Numbered from the stretch's first letter, positions 24,701-39,700 are shown. The stretch is DNA of 64,000 nucleotides from Elusimicrobia bacterium GWC2_64_44 (GCA_001799845.1 MGUG01000035.1:717-64716), one strand, 5' to 3'. Translations and numbers: made by a program. The notes: generated by a model not told the origin, from the letters alone.

Positions 24701-27700
24701 CAGCATAACGGGCGACGGGATCTCCCGCACCAGCACCGGGACGGTGTTGATGGGCCAGGTGGACAGGTTTATAGTGTTCGGGATGCCGATCGTGAAATTG
24801 GCAGCGGAACCGATGTTCAGCCCGGCGCTGGACCCGACGATGGCGAACTGGGACAGGTCGTAGCTGACGAAGGCGCAGACCGGCGTGGTGGTTATGACTA
24901 CGGGCGTCTTCAGCACTATATTGATAGTGCTCGAGGAGAAAGCCTCGTTGCCGTAGCTCATCATGTTGGGATAGACGCCGGCAGAGCTGCTGGACGTATC
25001 CACGGAATCCAGCAGACAGTTATCGTTGGAGTCCCGCCAGACCTTGATCAGGTCTATGTCGGAATCGTTGGCCGTGCCGAGGCGGTTGACCTTCACGGCC
25101 TCCAGCAGCGCGGAGGTCTTGTCGACGCTCATGCGCATGGACAGCAGGCCGACGTTCTTGTCGTTCTGCACGGCGGAGACCGGCGAAATATCCTCGGGCA
25201 CCAGCGACACGGTATTGAGAGTGGGCATCACCACGGTGTTGGGGCCCGCCACCGGGTTCAGGAACTGCGCGTTGTGGCCGGAGTTGTCGGGCCCGAAGAA
25301 GAAGCTGGACTCGAACGGGATCTCGGCGTTCAGCACGTCGTTGGGCGGCGTCAGCTGCGCGTGCGAGAACTTGGAGGTCTTGTCTATGTCCATCGACACG
25401 AAGATCGCCGTCGGGGTGGAACTGACCACCACGTAGTCCTGGTTGTTGAGAGCCGGGTCCGCCACGTAGATGGTGGCGCGGCCCACCGGGTCGTTCACGC
25501 CGAAGCGGCCCGTGCCTATCACGATGTCGGAGGTGTTCATGCCCGTGGCCGGGTCCCTGTCGAACACGCCGTTGCCGTTGTCCTTCCAGACGCGGATCAT
25601 ACCCACGTCGGAGTCGTAGCCGTTGAGGCCTGCCGGCTGCTTGCGGTTCAGGCGGAAGCCGCGCCAGCGCACGCCGTAGCCCGAGGTCAGCAGCGTCATC
25701 TTCATGTAGGGGTAATTATCCCAGCCCTGGTAGACCATGCCGCCCAGGACAGCGCCGTTAGCGTGCGCCAGCACCGGGGTGTTAAAGACGCCGCGCGTCA
25801 CCAGGGTGATGGCGCCCAGGGCAGTGCCCTCGTAGCGGACTATCTCGCCGTCCGCCATGGCGTAGCCGGCCGCCGGCAGGCCGGCGGTGGAGGTGACCAG
25901 CCAGGCCGGGTCCATGGTGCCGGCCGCGGCGCCGCCCGGCACGTCCAGCGCGAGGCGCACCGAGGGGATGGACGCGCCGCCGTCGGGCGCGAAGAGGGGC
26001 TCGGTATTCACGGTCACCGTGCTGGGAGCAGAAATGATCTCCCGCACCCTGGAAGAGAAGGTCAGGTTGGAATTAAGCGCCGAGAAGCTGTTGGGCAGCG
26101 ACAGGGAATTCTTTACCGGGTCCTCGGCGACGGGGCTGTTCTGCGGGAACGACTCCGCCTTCAGGTAGGCGCCCAGGTAGCGCGGGTTACCCAGCGAGTC
26201 GTTGGGCATGGCCGACTCGCGGATGTCGTAGGTCAGGAAGTAGCGCTTGGAAACCGCGAGCGTCTGGGACTGCAGCGAGGTGACCACGCGCCGCTCCGCG
26301 CCCAGGTCCACCCTGGCCACCAGCGGGCCGTAGATGGTATTGCCGAAGGTGCCCGTGCCGACCTGCTCGTCGAGGGCGCCCAGGAAGCCGTTGTCGTCCT
26401 TGTCGTACCAGACCTTAACGGCGGAGATATCGCTCACGGCCGAGCCTTCCTTGATGACGGTGCCGGTCGCGTACACCAGCATCCAGCGCCACATCGCGTC
26501 GGCCACGTCCGTCTCCACCGTAAAGGACAGGATGGGCTGGTTCTGGGCCTTCTGCTGCAGCGTGGCGCCGGTGTACGTGTCGGAGGCCTTCACGGTCACC
26601 TTGTCGGAATACTCCGAGACGCGGCCTATCAGCGAGAGCGTCTTGCCCGGGGAGGTGACGCCGATATTGCCGGCGCTCATGAACTTGGGCGCCTCTATCT
26701 GGAAATAGTCGGTGGTGCGGATGGCCATGCCGATGTAGGCAAAGTTGGACACATTGGCCAGAGGATCTATGTCGTAAGTTACGAAGTAGTCTTTGGATTC
26801 CTTGTAAAGGACCTGGCCGTCCATGCTGCCGCCGTCGCCCACCAGGGGCAGGACGGCCTGGCCGGAGATAATGGTGCCGCTGCCCCAGACCACCTGCACG
26901 GTACCCTCGGCCCCGCGGGTAATGCCGCCGAACTCGTTGTTCAGCACGTCCACGGTGGAATAGTAGACGACTTCCTTGAGCGACGGGTCTTCCTGGTTGT
27001 CGTTGACGATCAGGCGGCCGGGCGCGCGCGGGAAGGGGCTGTCCGCGGGGAAGAATTTCTGGATGTCGCCGACGCGGATCACCGTATCGGTAGAGACCAG
27101 GGGCAGCCGCAGCGAGTCGTACGGGAAGGTGCGGTTGCTGACGCCGACCAGCAGCACCTCGGTGTCCTTGACCGTGGTGGTGGTCTGCAGCAGCCCGTCG
27201 CCCGTCGAGTCCTGCCAGATGCTGATCTTCTTAACGTCGGTGACCTTGTTCCACGCGGCGGTATTGCCGTTCTCGGCGGCGGTCACCCAGCGGTCCAGCT
27301 TGAGGCCGCGCCAGACGGCGGAACCGATAGTGTCCTTGATATTGAGCGTCAGGCGCGCCACGGGCTTGTTCACGTCGTTCTGCGTCACGAACGAGGGTTT
27401 GCTGAAGTCGTTCGGGGCCGCCTTGTTCACGTCGGACAGGTAGACCATGTCAGAGGTGGCGAACAGCGGCACCGTGGACGACACGATGGGCGCGAAGGAG
27501 CCGACGACGCCGTCGATCAGGCTGATGCCGGAGTTCTCCAGGCGCGCGCCGTGCGTCAGGTTGGGGATCGCGTCCGTAGCGAACTCGTAGACGACGTAGA
27601 AGGTCTTGGTGCTGATGGAGACGGCGCCGTCCACGCCCGGGTTATAGAGCGGCAGCACGAAGGTGCCGGGGTCGGCCGGGTCGAAAGTGGGCGGGTTGGC

Positions 27701-30700
27701 CGGGTCCGTTATTTCCTTGTCGATGGCCTGGTCGAAGACCGTCGGGGTGCTCTCGTCCACCTCGAGGAAGAGGCGCACGCTCTTGAGGTCCTGGCCGGAG
27801 CCGGTGCCGGTCTTGATGATCTTGAACGACTTTATCGTACCCACGAAGTTGTCGGTCCAGGCCTCTATCTTCAGGAAGCCGGCGCGCTCCACGCTCTGCT
27901 CCACGTAGTTATACTGCGCCGCGTTGACGCCGGCCTGCCACCAGGCGCCGATATCGGTGCCCTTGACCAGCACGGTGGCGGGCTGGTTGCGCACCGGCGA
28001 GGTGGCGGTCTGGATCGGGAAGTTGTTGTAGGCCACGCCCACGAAGGTGGAGTTCAGCACCACGAACGACGGGTTGTTCATCACCAGCGCGAAGCTGCGC
28101 GGCGTGGCCGCCACGGTGGACATGCGTACCGCGAAGTAGAAGTTGCGCGGCGTGTTGGAGACGATGGCCGCGGTGGAGACCTTGGTGTTCAGGTCGTCGA
28201 ACCTCCAGCCCTGCAGGTCGGTGTCGTAGGTGCCGCTGGACATGAGGATGTCGGTGGGAGAACCGCCGAGCACCGCCTCGCCGTCGAAGACGCCCAGCTG
28301 GCCGGCCGTCTCGTTATCCTTGTACATGTTGATCTGGATAATGTCGGAGTAAGCCAGCGTGCCCGAGCTCTTGATCTGCACGGACTTCAGGTAGGCCGGC
28401 GGCGCGCCGGCCGGCGAGGTCTGCATGGTCAGGCGCAGCATGGGCACCGGGGCCGGGATGTCGGCTATCACGCCGTCGCCCTGGTAGATGGCGTACTTAT
28501 TGATGCCGATGGAGGTTTTGGAGACGGGCAGCGGGTCCTCGGGCGAGAAGTCGCGCGGAGTTATCACCAGGCCCGACAGCACCACGTCGCCGCTGGAGCC
28601 CTGCGGCAGGCCGCGCGCGCTGTCCAGGGTATAGCCGTAGATCTGCGTCTGGTGGTAGTCGGTCACGTTGACCTTCAGCGTTTCCACCATCGTGTCGTAG
28701 ACCATCAGCGTGCGCTCGCCCTGGTCGGCGGGGACGAAGATATAATCCGTGGTGTTGTTGATGTAGTCGCGCAGGTCGGCCGACCCCTTGGAGTTGGTCG
28801 TCATCTTTATCTTGCCGGTGTAGTACATGCCGTTGACCGGGTCGCCGGTGGCCACGTTGCCGAACTGGTCGCGGGCGCGCAGGATCAGCGAGCCCGGGGT
28901 CTGCACGCGCAGGGGGCTGGCGAGCGTGTAGCCATGGTGCAGCGTGAAGTAGGCCGCCGTGCTGGGCGTGATGTATTGCTCCTGGGAGATGGGCGCCAGG
29001 TTGACCCCGTAGGCGGCTATGAAGGAGTTGGCCGTGATCGGGGCGGTGCCCACGAGCTTGTCCCACACGTAAATATTGGCGAAAGAGTAGCCCGCCGGGA
29101 TGTCCAGGTCGAGCGGGTTGGTCTTCAGCAGCTTCCAGCTCGGGTTGGAGTCCAGCACGGGCGCGGCGGGGTCGATGCCGCCGAAAGTGGTATTGCGCGT
29201 GGACGAGAAGCGCACGCTGACCGGCGAATTGGTGGTCGTATTGTTCTCGAAGCTGTCCTTGAGCGCCACCGTCACCACGGTGGGCACGGTCACGCCGGTA
29301 ACGAAGTCGGCGTACTGCGTGGTGGTACCGGCTATCAGGCGGCGCGGCGGGGTGTAGAACATCACGTGGTCCGGGGGCGCGGGCACCACGGTATAGGAGG
29401 AGATGGCCGGCAGCCAGCCCTTGGGATAGGCGGGCAGGTTGTCCACCCGGAGCTGATGCGTCGTGGGCGAGACCAGCGTGTCCAGCAGGTAGAAGCTGGT
29501 GGAGGCCTGGCCCAGCGCCATGTTGGCCGTGCCGGGCTGCGGCGCGAAGGTGTCCTTGTCGGGCGCGGAGAACCTGACGTTGCCCAGGGAGGTGGACTCC
29601 AGGGAGAAAGTCACGCCCGCGCCCGCCGCATCCTCCTGGCCGCCTGCCACCGGGGTCGGGTTGCCGTAATGGTCCTCGATGGACAGCAGGAACATCTGCG
29701 AGGTCACGCCGGCGGTCAGCACCTGGCCCGCGTTGTAGCTGACGTTGATGCGGTAGGTCAGGTCGGGAACTATCACCACGGACTGGGTCGAGGCCGACCA
29801 GCCTTCGCGGTCCGGAACGGCGACCCTGATGACGGGCCGCACCGGAGCGGCGGAGGACGGATAGACGGTGGAAGCCGTGGTATCCATGTAATAGAAGGTC
29901 GTCATGAAGGCGTTCAGCGGGATGTCAACGTAGGACACCGTGGACGAGAAGACCGGCGGGAAGGCGCCGGACACCGTGCTGGAGGCCGAGAAGGAGAACG
30001 CGTCGTTGATCAGCGAGGACTGGCGGGTGAAGGTGGACAACACCACCTGCACCGGGGCGGTGGCCACGGAGGGGTTGGCGAACATATCGCGCAGTTCGGC
30101 CTTGAAGACCTGCACATCGCCGAACTTGTCGGTGATCTTGCCGGCCGTCATCGAGCGGGGATCGTTGCCGAAGGCCACCTGCGCCACCTGCGCCGGGTTG
30201 ACCCGCAGCTGGTGGATGGCCGGCTGCATGGAGCCGGACCGGGCCTCTATCTGCCAGTAGCCAGGCCTGTTGTCCTCGAAGGTGTTGGCGGCCGGCGAGG
30301 TGCCGGAATACGAGGAGGTCCTGTCGTGGTAGCGGAAGGACGCCCTGGTCTGGTTGGGCGGGATGATCACCGCGTTGATGAACTGGTCGTGCAGCACGGT
30401 GCGGAAGCCGTAGTCGCCCACGTTGCCGAAGGTGGCCATGGTCCGGCCGAGGCCGGTATGCACCGCCACCTGGGCCGCCGGGAGGCCCAGGTAGACGCCC
30501 GTCTCGCCCTGCTTGGTCACGTTGTCGAAGTCGTCGCGGCGCTCCACGGTGAAGAACGCGCCGGTGGCGCCCATTTCCTGGATGCCGACCAGGGCTTCCG
30601 TCTGGCTGGAGTAATAAACAAGCTTGGTCGGCGTGCCGCCGGTGGTGGTCAGCTGGCCGCTCAGGTTCTGGCGGGCGGCGGCGTAGGTGCCGTAGGAGGC

Positions 30701-33700
30701 CGGGTTCAGCGTGGTGGTGCCTAGCCAGACGCGGGCCCAGTCCCCCGCCTTGCTGGATACCTGGTAGGCGATCGGGGTAGAGAGGCCTACCCTGCCGTCC
30801 GAATCAGTATAGACCAGCGTGGAGACGCCCATGTCGATCCAGTTGGAGCCGCTCCTGTAGCGCACGCTGCCGGTGGAGCCGTAGACCTCTCCGATGGAGA
30901 CGTAGGCCGGCAGGCCCGCCGAGGAGATGCTGTTATTGAAGGCGTCGGTGAGCTGCGCCGTAAGCTGCTGTACGCCGGGCGCCAGCAGCGAGCCCGCCGG
31001 CACCTCTATGTCGGCGTCGGGCGAGACGGTATAGACCATCGGCGGGCCGGGGTTGACCTGCAGCGCCAGCGACGGGGTAACGCCGATGGCGGCGTTGAGC
31101 GAGTCGTGCGCGCCGATGGTGTCGGGGCCGGCCTTGCGCAGCGTGAACCAATTGACCAGGCTCTTAACGCCGTAATCCGCCGAAATGTAGCCGGTAACGG
31201 TGTCGGCCAGCGTCGGGTCCTGGATGGAGTTGACGCGGTCCGTCACCACGAAGGCCGCCGTGCCAAGATAGACGTTGGGGCCGGTGGAACAGATGTTGTT
31301 GTAATTATCCAGCACGTAAAGCTGGGCGGAGAAGGGCACGCCGGCCACCACTATCGTGGAGGCGACGACGAAGGACATGCTGACCGCCGGGCCGGGGTTG
31401 ACCGTCATCGTGGAGAGCCCGGTGGCGTAGTCAGCGGGCGAGGCCGGGGTGGTGGCGGCCATCACCGTGTAGCTGCTGATGGAGGTGCGGGCGTCCACCG
31501 CGAACACGGCGCTGCCGTTGGCCAGCGTCTGCGGGGCCGGGGCCAGGGGCTTCGGGTCGTTGGGCGTGGTGACGCGCACCTCGGGCATCACGGCGGGCGG
31601 GTTGGTATCCTGCGAGGGGCCGGAGCCTTCCGTGACCTTGTTGAAGAACAGGTCGGTCAGGAAAACGCCCGCGAACAGGGCCCCGGTGCCTATGGTGTGC
31701 TGGGAAGGCGGGCCGCTGCGGCCGGGCCAGGAGAGCGAGGAACTGCGGCACGGCGGGCTGACGGCGCACTTGCCCTCCGCCAGCGTCTGGCCGGGCAGCA
31801 CCACTTCCAGCCGCACGGCGGTGGAGGCGTAGACCTTGAAAGAGTCCCTGGCCGCCGTGTTGTCGTTGCGGCAGACGCCGCCCGGGTTGCCGAAGCAGAC
31901 GTAGTTGTCCCCCGCGTCCTGCGGGAAGACCTTGACCGAGGCGGCCGAAGTGCGGGTGACCAGGTTCAGCGGCAGCTGCTTGCTGCCGAAGTTCAGCGGC
32001 ACGCTGTCGGAATCGATGTCGTAAATGTCGGAGGTTACGAGGTACACCGTGGGACCCACCGACAGGTCCTGGTAGACGTTCATGTACTTGTCCACCAGGT
32101 TGATGGTGGCCGTGAAGCCGGTGCCGGCGGTCTGCGTGGAGGCCGCCAAAGACTTGCCGCTGGCCCCCGCCAGGTAATCGCCCGAGCCGGGCAGCGCTAT
32201 CTCTCCGGGCAGGATCAGCTGCAGGCCCACGGGGTCGGAGGGCCGCAGCGTGAACGTGGAGGATTTGGGATCGTCCACCAGGCCCGAGCCGCCGAAGTCC
32301 GTGGCGGACAGGTAATGGGTGGCCGCGCGGCGCATCGACAGGAAGATCAGGTCGGTATAGCCGTAGGTGGTGTTGACCGCCACGGTGGCCACCGAGGGGG
32401 CATAGGCGTCGGTGGGGGTGTTAAGTTTTACGTCCACCGGCCGGCCGGGCACCAGGTTGAAGTAATCGTCCACGACGCCGACGCGAACGCCGAATGTGCC
32501 GTCCACGGTCTGGGCCGAGGCCAGGCCGGTCTTGCCGTTGGAAGAGGACTGTCTGAAGCCCTCGCCCGGCAGCGTCAGCAGCAGGCGGCGCGGCACGCCG
32601 GGGCTCACGTTGACCACGCTGGTAAGGTCCTGGGCGAGCACGGGGCCGCCGGCCAGGCCCGGGGGAACGGTCTGCGCGGTAAGGGTGGTGGTGCCGGCCC
32701 GGATAGGCGTCACGCTGAAGGTCGCCGAGCCGGTCACGATCTGGGAAGCGGGCACGACTATGGCGGTCGGGTCGTCGGAGAGCAGGCGGATCTCCTGGCT
32801 GGCGCCGGGGGTCAGGTTCCAGAAAGCGTCGGTGATGTCCACCGTTACGGTGAAGGGCACGCCGGCCTGCTGCGCGGGGATCGGGCCGGTGCGGCCGTTG
32901 GTAGTGGACCCGGAGACCCGCGTCTCCACGGGCACCAGCGCGCGTATCCTGGTGGGCGTGTGAGGCACCAGCAGCAGGCCGCCGCTGACGGTGGTGCCGA
33001 GCGGCGGCACGGTGCCGCTGTTGTCGTTGACGGTGAGCGTCCTGGAGCCGGCCGTGCGCAGGAAGACGTTATTGATGGTGGCGCTGCCGTCCACCATGCT
33101 GTAGGCGTTGCCCAGCACGCCGTCGGCGGCGGGGCCGGCGAAGGTGTCGTTGGTAGTGACGCGCAGCGTCTTGTCGAGCGCGGCGTCGTCCACGCGGTTA
33201 TAGCGCGAGTCGGCCGCGTAGACCTGCGCGTCGAAGTAGACGCCGGCGGTCTGCGTGGAGATCTCGCCTTGCACGCCGAAGGGCGCGACCACCTTGCCGG
33301 GCACCAGGTACTGCGTGGGCAGCAGCACGATCAGGCGGGAGGCCGCGCCGGGCACTACCGTTATGTTGTAGTCGGTGCTGGTGGACAGCTTGGGCTCTAT
33401 CGTGTCGGCGTCGGCGGCGCTGATCACCAGGTTGGCGGTGGCCGCGCTGGGCAGGAAGCTCAGGATATCCGCCGAGCCGTTGGCCAGCGACTGGGCGGCG
33501 TGCGTGGACGCGTAGATGTCATTGGAGGTTATCTGTACGCGGCGGCCGTCGCTGACCAGGTTGCCGAAGTCGTCCACGGCGCGCACGGTGAGCGTATAGG
33601 TAGCGCCGGCTGTCAGAGGGCCGGCCGTGCCGGTCTTCCAGCCTATAGCGCCTTCGGAAGCCGCTTCGGTGGGCACCAGCAGCAGCAGGTGCCTGGCCGG

Positions 33701-36700
33701 GGCGGGGTCCACGGGAATGCCGGTCACGGTATCCGTGCTGAAGAAAGTGCCGGTCAGGCCGGTGTCCGTCACGCGCACCGACAGGCCGGGGGCCGGGTTG
33801 CGCGTGACCGGGATCACGGGGAAATCGGTGGAGCCGTTTATCAGGCTGCGCCGGTAAGGATCCTCGTGCATGCCGCGCGCCTGGATATTGGGGTCGTTGA
33901 GGAAATCTATCTGCACCTGCGGCGTGTTGGACGACTTGTCCGTCATGAACGGGGTAGTGCCGCGCACGACGTTATAGTATTCGTCCACCAGGTAGACGGT
34001 AAACTGCGCCGTGGCGCCGGCTGTCAGGTTGGCCGGGCCGCCGGACTTGCCGCCGGTGGACGGATTGGCGCCGTAGGGCGGCAGGCCGGGCTGCAGGCCC
34101 TGGCCGGGCGCGACAACGTGCAGCTTGACCGGCCTGTTCCACCAGACCCGCACGGGCGCAGGGGTGAAGTAGGAGGAGGTGGCCGAAGGCAGGGCGGAGC
34201 TCTCGGCTTTAATGGTATGCGTGCCCGCGGTCACCGGCGTGAAGATAAAGGAGGTGGCGCCGGCCGCCAGGGTATTGGAGTCCGGGTTGACGTCGTAGAG
34301 GTCGGTGGTGATGGCCGAGTAGACCTTGAAGGCGGCCGTGATGTCGGTGTTGTAGTAGGGGTCCACGCCGTAGACTTTCACCTGGAAAGTGGCGCCGGCG
34401 AGCAGATCGGAAGAGTTGCCCGTCTTGCCGAAGGGCTGCACGTCCCATTTACCCTGTACGCGGGTCTCACCGGGGAACAGGGCCAGCAGGCGGTCGGCCG
34501 TCTGCGCCACCACGGGCACCGCGGAAGAGGGGTTGCGGGCGTTGGTATAGACGCCGTGGCCGGAGGCGGACACGGTCCAGCCGGAACCCGTCGCGGAAAC
34601 CAGCGTCCTGTTGACGGTGGTGGAACCGATGAAGTCCACGTAGCCGTCGGCCGAGAGGTTGTTGTTGTTCGGGTCGCTGTCAGCCAGGTAGACATGCGCC
34701 GCCGACGAGACCACGAGGTTCCAGTACTTGTCGGTCACCTGCAGCAGGAAAGGTACGCTGGAGCCGGCCGGCTTGGTGCGCGGCGCGCCGGTGCTGCCCT
34801 CCACCCCCACCTCGGTGCGGCCGGCCGAAGGCAGCTGGCCGGCGGGGTCGAAGTCCGCTATCACCTGCACGCGATCGGCGGTGGTCGGGTTCACCGTCAC
34901 GCTGCGCGAGCCGAAGATAGCGGGGTTAACGCTGTCCTCGGAGCGCACGATGCGGTTGGCGCCGGCCTTGCGCATGCGGATCTGGAAGAGCTTGACGCCG
35001 TAGTCGCTGGGCTTGAAGACGTACTGCTTGGGCAGGCCGCGGTAGTCGTCCGGCACGTCGTCGTTGTCCATCATCTCGGGGCCGCCGGGCATGCCGTCGG
35101 CGTAGAAGTTAACGGTACCCTGGTAAGCGCGCGCGGTGCTGCCGGTGCCGTTCGCGCCGTCCTTCGCGGTGACCTCCAGGTTGATGTCCGAGCCGGCGGA
35201 CATCGGGTTGGCCGACACCGTCACCAGGAAGCTCTGCGCCGGGGCGGCGATGTAGAATTTGGGGCCGGAGTCCACGATGCTCTCGGTGTTGCCGGCGTTG
35301 TCGGTCACGCGCACCCAAGAGGAATAAGATTCGCCGCGCACCCAGCAGGTGTGGGCCGCGCGCTCGGTGTCGTCGTCGCAGACCAGGCCGGTGAACTGCC
35401 AGTTGCCCAGGGAATCCGTGAACTGCGCCGGCACCCAGACTTCGCCGCCGGCGGAGGGCGTCCAGGTGGAGCCGTTCCAGAAATAGCCGGTGTCGTCGTA
35501 ACCGCCGGCGTTGATAGGGCCGCCCGAAGCCAGCATCGGGTCGGCGTCCTGGAACACCAGCACCTCGATCTTGCCGCGATGCCAGGGCTTGGCGGCCTCG
35601 GGGTAGACGCCGGAACCCGTGCCGTCGATGCCGGTGGTGAAGCCGGGGTCGGAGGAATTGCCGACCAGGGCCTTATTGTCGTTGTACACCATCGTATTGA
35701 CGGGGTTGACCACCACCGACTGCGGCTCGGTGGTGTCGTAGAGGAAGCGCGACTGGCCGGGGATATTCTGCACGTTGCCGATGGAGTCCGTGGCGGAGGA
35801 CCTGACCAGGTAATGGCGCTTGTCGGCCAGCGCTAGCATGCCGCTGCTGTAGGTCCAGGAGGACGGGTACAGGTTGGACACGTCCAGCCAGGTCTCTGGG
35901 TCGTTGACGAACCCGGTGGAGCCGTCGAAGTATTTGGGGCCGCCCGCTTCGTCGAGCACGCGGATGGAGACCTTGGCCGAGGCCACCGTGGTGACCGCGT
36001 CGGCCGAGGTGCCGTGCAGGAACGGCAGGTTGCTGGCGTTATAGGCGGTCTCGGGGCCGGGCTGCACCGGCGCGGACAGCGGCGGCACGTTGTCGAACCG
36101 GAAGGTGCGCGTGGAGAGCGACATCTCCTGATTGGTGGTGGCGTCCACGGCGCGCGTCACGATATAGAAGGTCTTGCCGTTGCCGGTATCTCCGCCGCCC
36201 AGGCCGTCGTGCGTGCCTTCCTTCCAAGCGAAGTTGTTCGCGCCGGGGTTGGCAAAGTCGAAAGTGACGTCGTTGTAGTCCCAGTGGTTGGTGACGTCCT
36301 TGCCGCCGGGGCCGTTGGCTATTGACCACCAGCCGGTGTCGGAGGCGGACCAGTGCGGCACGGTGGGCTGCCAGTAGTAGGTGGCGGGGCCGGAGAGATA
36401 CCACATCCGGATACGCACGTCGTTGACGAGCGAGGTCAGGTCGTACGACGTGCCCGTGATGGAGGTCATCGAGGAATAGAGCGCCCCGTCCACGGGCGGG
36501 AAGGTGATGCGGGAGGCCGGCGCCACGTTGTCGAAGCTGAACGTGGAGGAGGTCACCGTGAAGTTGCCGGCGCGGTCGAGCACCTTGGTCTCCACGCGCA
36601 GGCCGCTGTCGCGGTTGGGCCAGGCCAGCGCGGCCGAGTCGTAGCGCCAGTTAAAGACGCCGCCGGCGGACGCGGAGTCCACTGAAACGTTCCAGATCTC

Positions 36701-39700
36701 GGGGAAGCCGACGCAGGCGTCGGCGTTGCCCACCCAAGACAAGGTCCTGGGCAGGCCGCCGCAGGTCCCGGAATCCAGCCAGTAGCGGTTCAGCGTAATG
36801 TCATACACCCTTACGCGCGGGAAATCCACGTTAAAGACGTCATTTGCGGTACCCGACACCTGCGGCAGGGTGATGTGCCTTGCGCCGTTAAGGGGCGTCA
36901 GGATGCCGGCCGTGGGGCTGGACACGTCGAAGCGGAAGGTATTGACCGCCGTGGGCGTCTCGGTGTTGCCGGCCACGTCGTAGGCGCGCGTCATCACGGA
37001 ATATAACTTCCCGTCCTCGAGGCCGGAGGAATTGTCGGAAGGCGGCAGCTGGGCGGCCTTGGTCCAGGGCGAACCGCTCACTGCCAACAGCCAGGTATCC
37101 GCGCCCCAGGTAGTGCCGGTCCAGTATTCGCCACTCTCACGCTGTATCCTGATCTGCGAGCCGATGGTCACGGCCGAGGCGGAAGGGTTGGAATTCACGT
37201 CCTGCGCGGTACCGGTGACGGCGGCCAGCGCTTTCAGGAAAGAGCCGTCGACCGGGGTCACCGGGCGCGACAGGGGCGGCGCGACGTCGTAGCGGACCAC
37301 GGTGGCCGACGGGGGCGGCAGGGCGTTGCCGGCCAGGTCGTCCGCCGTCACGTAAATATTGTAGTTCTTGTTGTCCGTCAGCGGCGGCGCGGCGGCCGTC
37401 CACGCGTAGCTGGGACCGGCGCCCGTGATGACGGCCGTTATCCACTTGGCGGTGGGCGAGTTGAAGGTAGAGGGCTGCGTATCGTAATAGAGGCCGGAGT
37501 CCACCTCCTGCACCGCGATGGACGCGGAGCGGATAGTGAACTCTTCGTACGCGGTGCCGGCCACGGTGGCCAGCGCTTTCAGGTTGCCGCGTGAATCCGG
37601 CAGGCTGTACGGGTAGGTGACCACGGCGTCGGGCCACGTAGTGTCGTAAATAAAGGTCAATTCAGAGACGGCGGTTTCGACATTGGGCGGCGCCACGTCG
37701 TCGGAGGCGCGCACCTTGATGCGGTAGGTGTAGCCGTCCCGCAGGTTCGGGGCCTTGAAGCTCCAGGCGGTGCCTACATAGGTGGTTTCCAGAGAAACGG
37801 CGCTCAGGGGCTGGAAGGTCTCCGAGGTGAGCGTGAAGGTGCCGGGGAAGAGGCCGTTCCAGTGGCCGGCGGCCGGCGTAACCTCGGCGATGGAGATCTC
37901 GAGCTGGGCCAGGGTAGAGATGCCGGCCAGGTTATCGGCGGCCGTGCCGGTTATGAACGGCAGCGTGCGCACCCGCAGGTTCTGCGTCGGGTAGGTCACC
38001 CTGGAGACGGGATTGGTGTGGTCGTAGATGACGTTGGCGTTGGCGACCGGGGCAGAAACGTTGGGCGTCGGGATGGCGTTGTCCCGCGCGCGGGCCTTGA
38101 AGGTGTAAACCCGGTCCTTGTTGGCCTCTATGGCGCCAGCGAGGCCGCCCGGGTTGTAGGTCCAGGTGCCCGAGGACGGGCCCACCACGGTCCAGGCTAT
38201 CGCGTTCTTCCAGGAGGTGGCGTCGGTGAGCGTGTAGGAAGAGAAAGTGACGGCCCCGTCGTAGTAGTAGGTATCCCCCAGGTAGAGGTAGGAAACCTGC
38301 ACTTCCACGTTGTTCTGGTTGGCGATGCCGGAATTGGTCTGCCAGTTGGGGTCGTTGGCCGTGCCCGACACCTGTACCACGGAGGAGATCTTGCTGTTGG
38401 CCGCGGGGGTGATCACGGCCAGCGAGGGCGCGGTCTTGTCGGTCGTGAAGGTGACCGAGGAGCCGTTGCCGGAGAAGAGCGACTGCACGTTGCCGGCCCT
38501 GTCGGAAGCCTCCGCCCACAGCGTGAAGGAACCGTCGTCGGCCCAGGCCGGCACGGCGGACAGCGACCAGGAGGATTCGTGCACCGCGGCGTCGGCCCAG
38601 ACCAGCGGGCTGGAGTTCCAGCCGCCGCCGTCCCAGTACTGCGCGAGCTTGTTGTCGCGGATGCGCACCTTGACGCCGGAGATCTGCACGCCGGGCTGCT
38701 GGCCCACGTTGACGAGCACCAGGTCTTCGACCAGCGTGCCGCTGGCCACGCTCACGCCGGAGCGGCTCTGGCCGGGGGCCACGGAGGAGACCACCGCGGT
38801 GGGGACCGTCACGTCGAAGCTGAAGAGGTTGGCGGCGGAGAAGTCGGATTCCGTGCCCTCGAAGGCGCTGTTATTATAGGTGGTGTCCAGCGCCTTGGCG
38901 CGGGCGCGGTACTGCACGCCGTTGGCGTAGGCCGCCGTCGGGTAGGAGACCACGTACTCCCACGAGGACGCGGCCACGAAATAGGCGCCCTGGTTGCCCG
39001 TCTGGTTCCAGCTCGGCGTGAAGGCGGAGGAGGCGTTATCCCAGAATTTGCCGGAGTCCGGGCCGTTGACGGCCTGCAGCTCGCCCCAGACCTTGTTCAC
39101 GCCGGAAGCCGGCGGGCTGACCGCGGGCGGGTCCTGGGCGGTACCGCCCAGGCGCGGCAGCGCGTTGTAGTAGGCCTGCGCGGCCGCCGGCAGCTGCACG
39201 GCCGCATCGGGCTGGGCCGTGTCGGAATAGACCTGGTTGACGGCCGGGCCGACCTCGTAGACGTCGGAGTAACTGACGCCCACCGAGCTGAAGGTGTAGG
39301 AGGACCCGCTCACCAGCGGCGGCAGGTTGGTGCTGTAGGTCCAGACGCCGCCGCCGGGCGGCACCGCCACGGAGACGCTGGAAACGGCCGCCTGCCAGGC
39401 CGGGGTGGAGAAGTTCCAGTACCAGTTGTCGCTCACGCGGCGCACTTCCAGGCCCAGGCGCTTGGCGTCCGCGTTGGCCGTACCGCTCACCTGCGTCAGC
39501 GCCTTGTAGAACTTCAGGTTCTCCGGTATGGTGACGCGCGTCGCCGAGGGCGGCGGCATGAAGCGGAAGCGGCGCGATCCCCAGGTCAGCTCGCCGTTGT
39601 TAACGTTGTCGGCCGCGCTGGACTTGATCACGTAGTAGCAGTAGGCGCGGAAGACTACCCCCGAGGCGTTGTAGGTCCAGGTATTGTCGCCGGAATTGTA

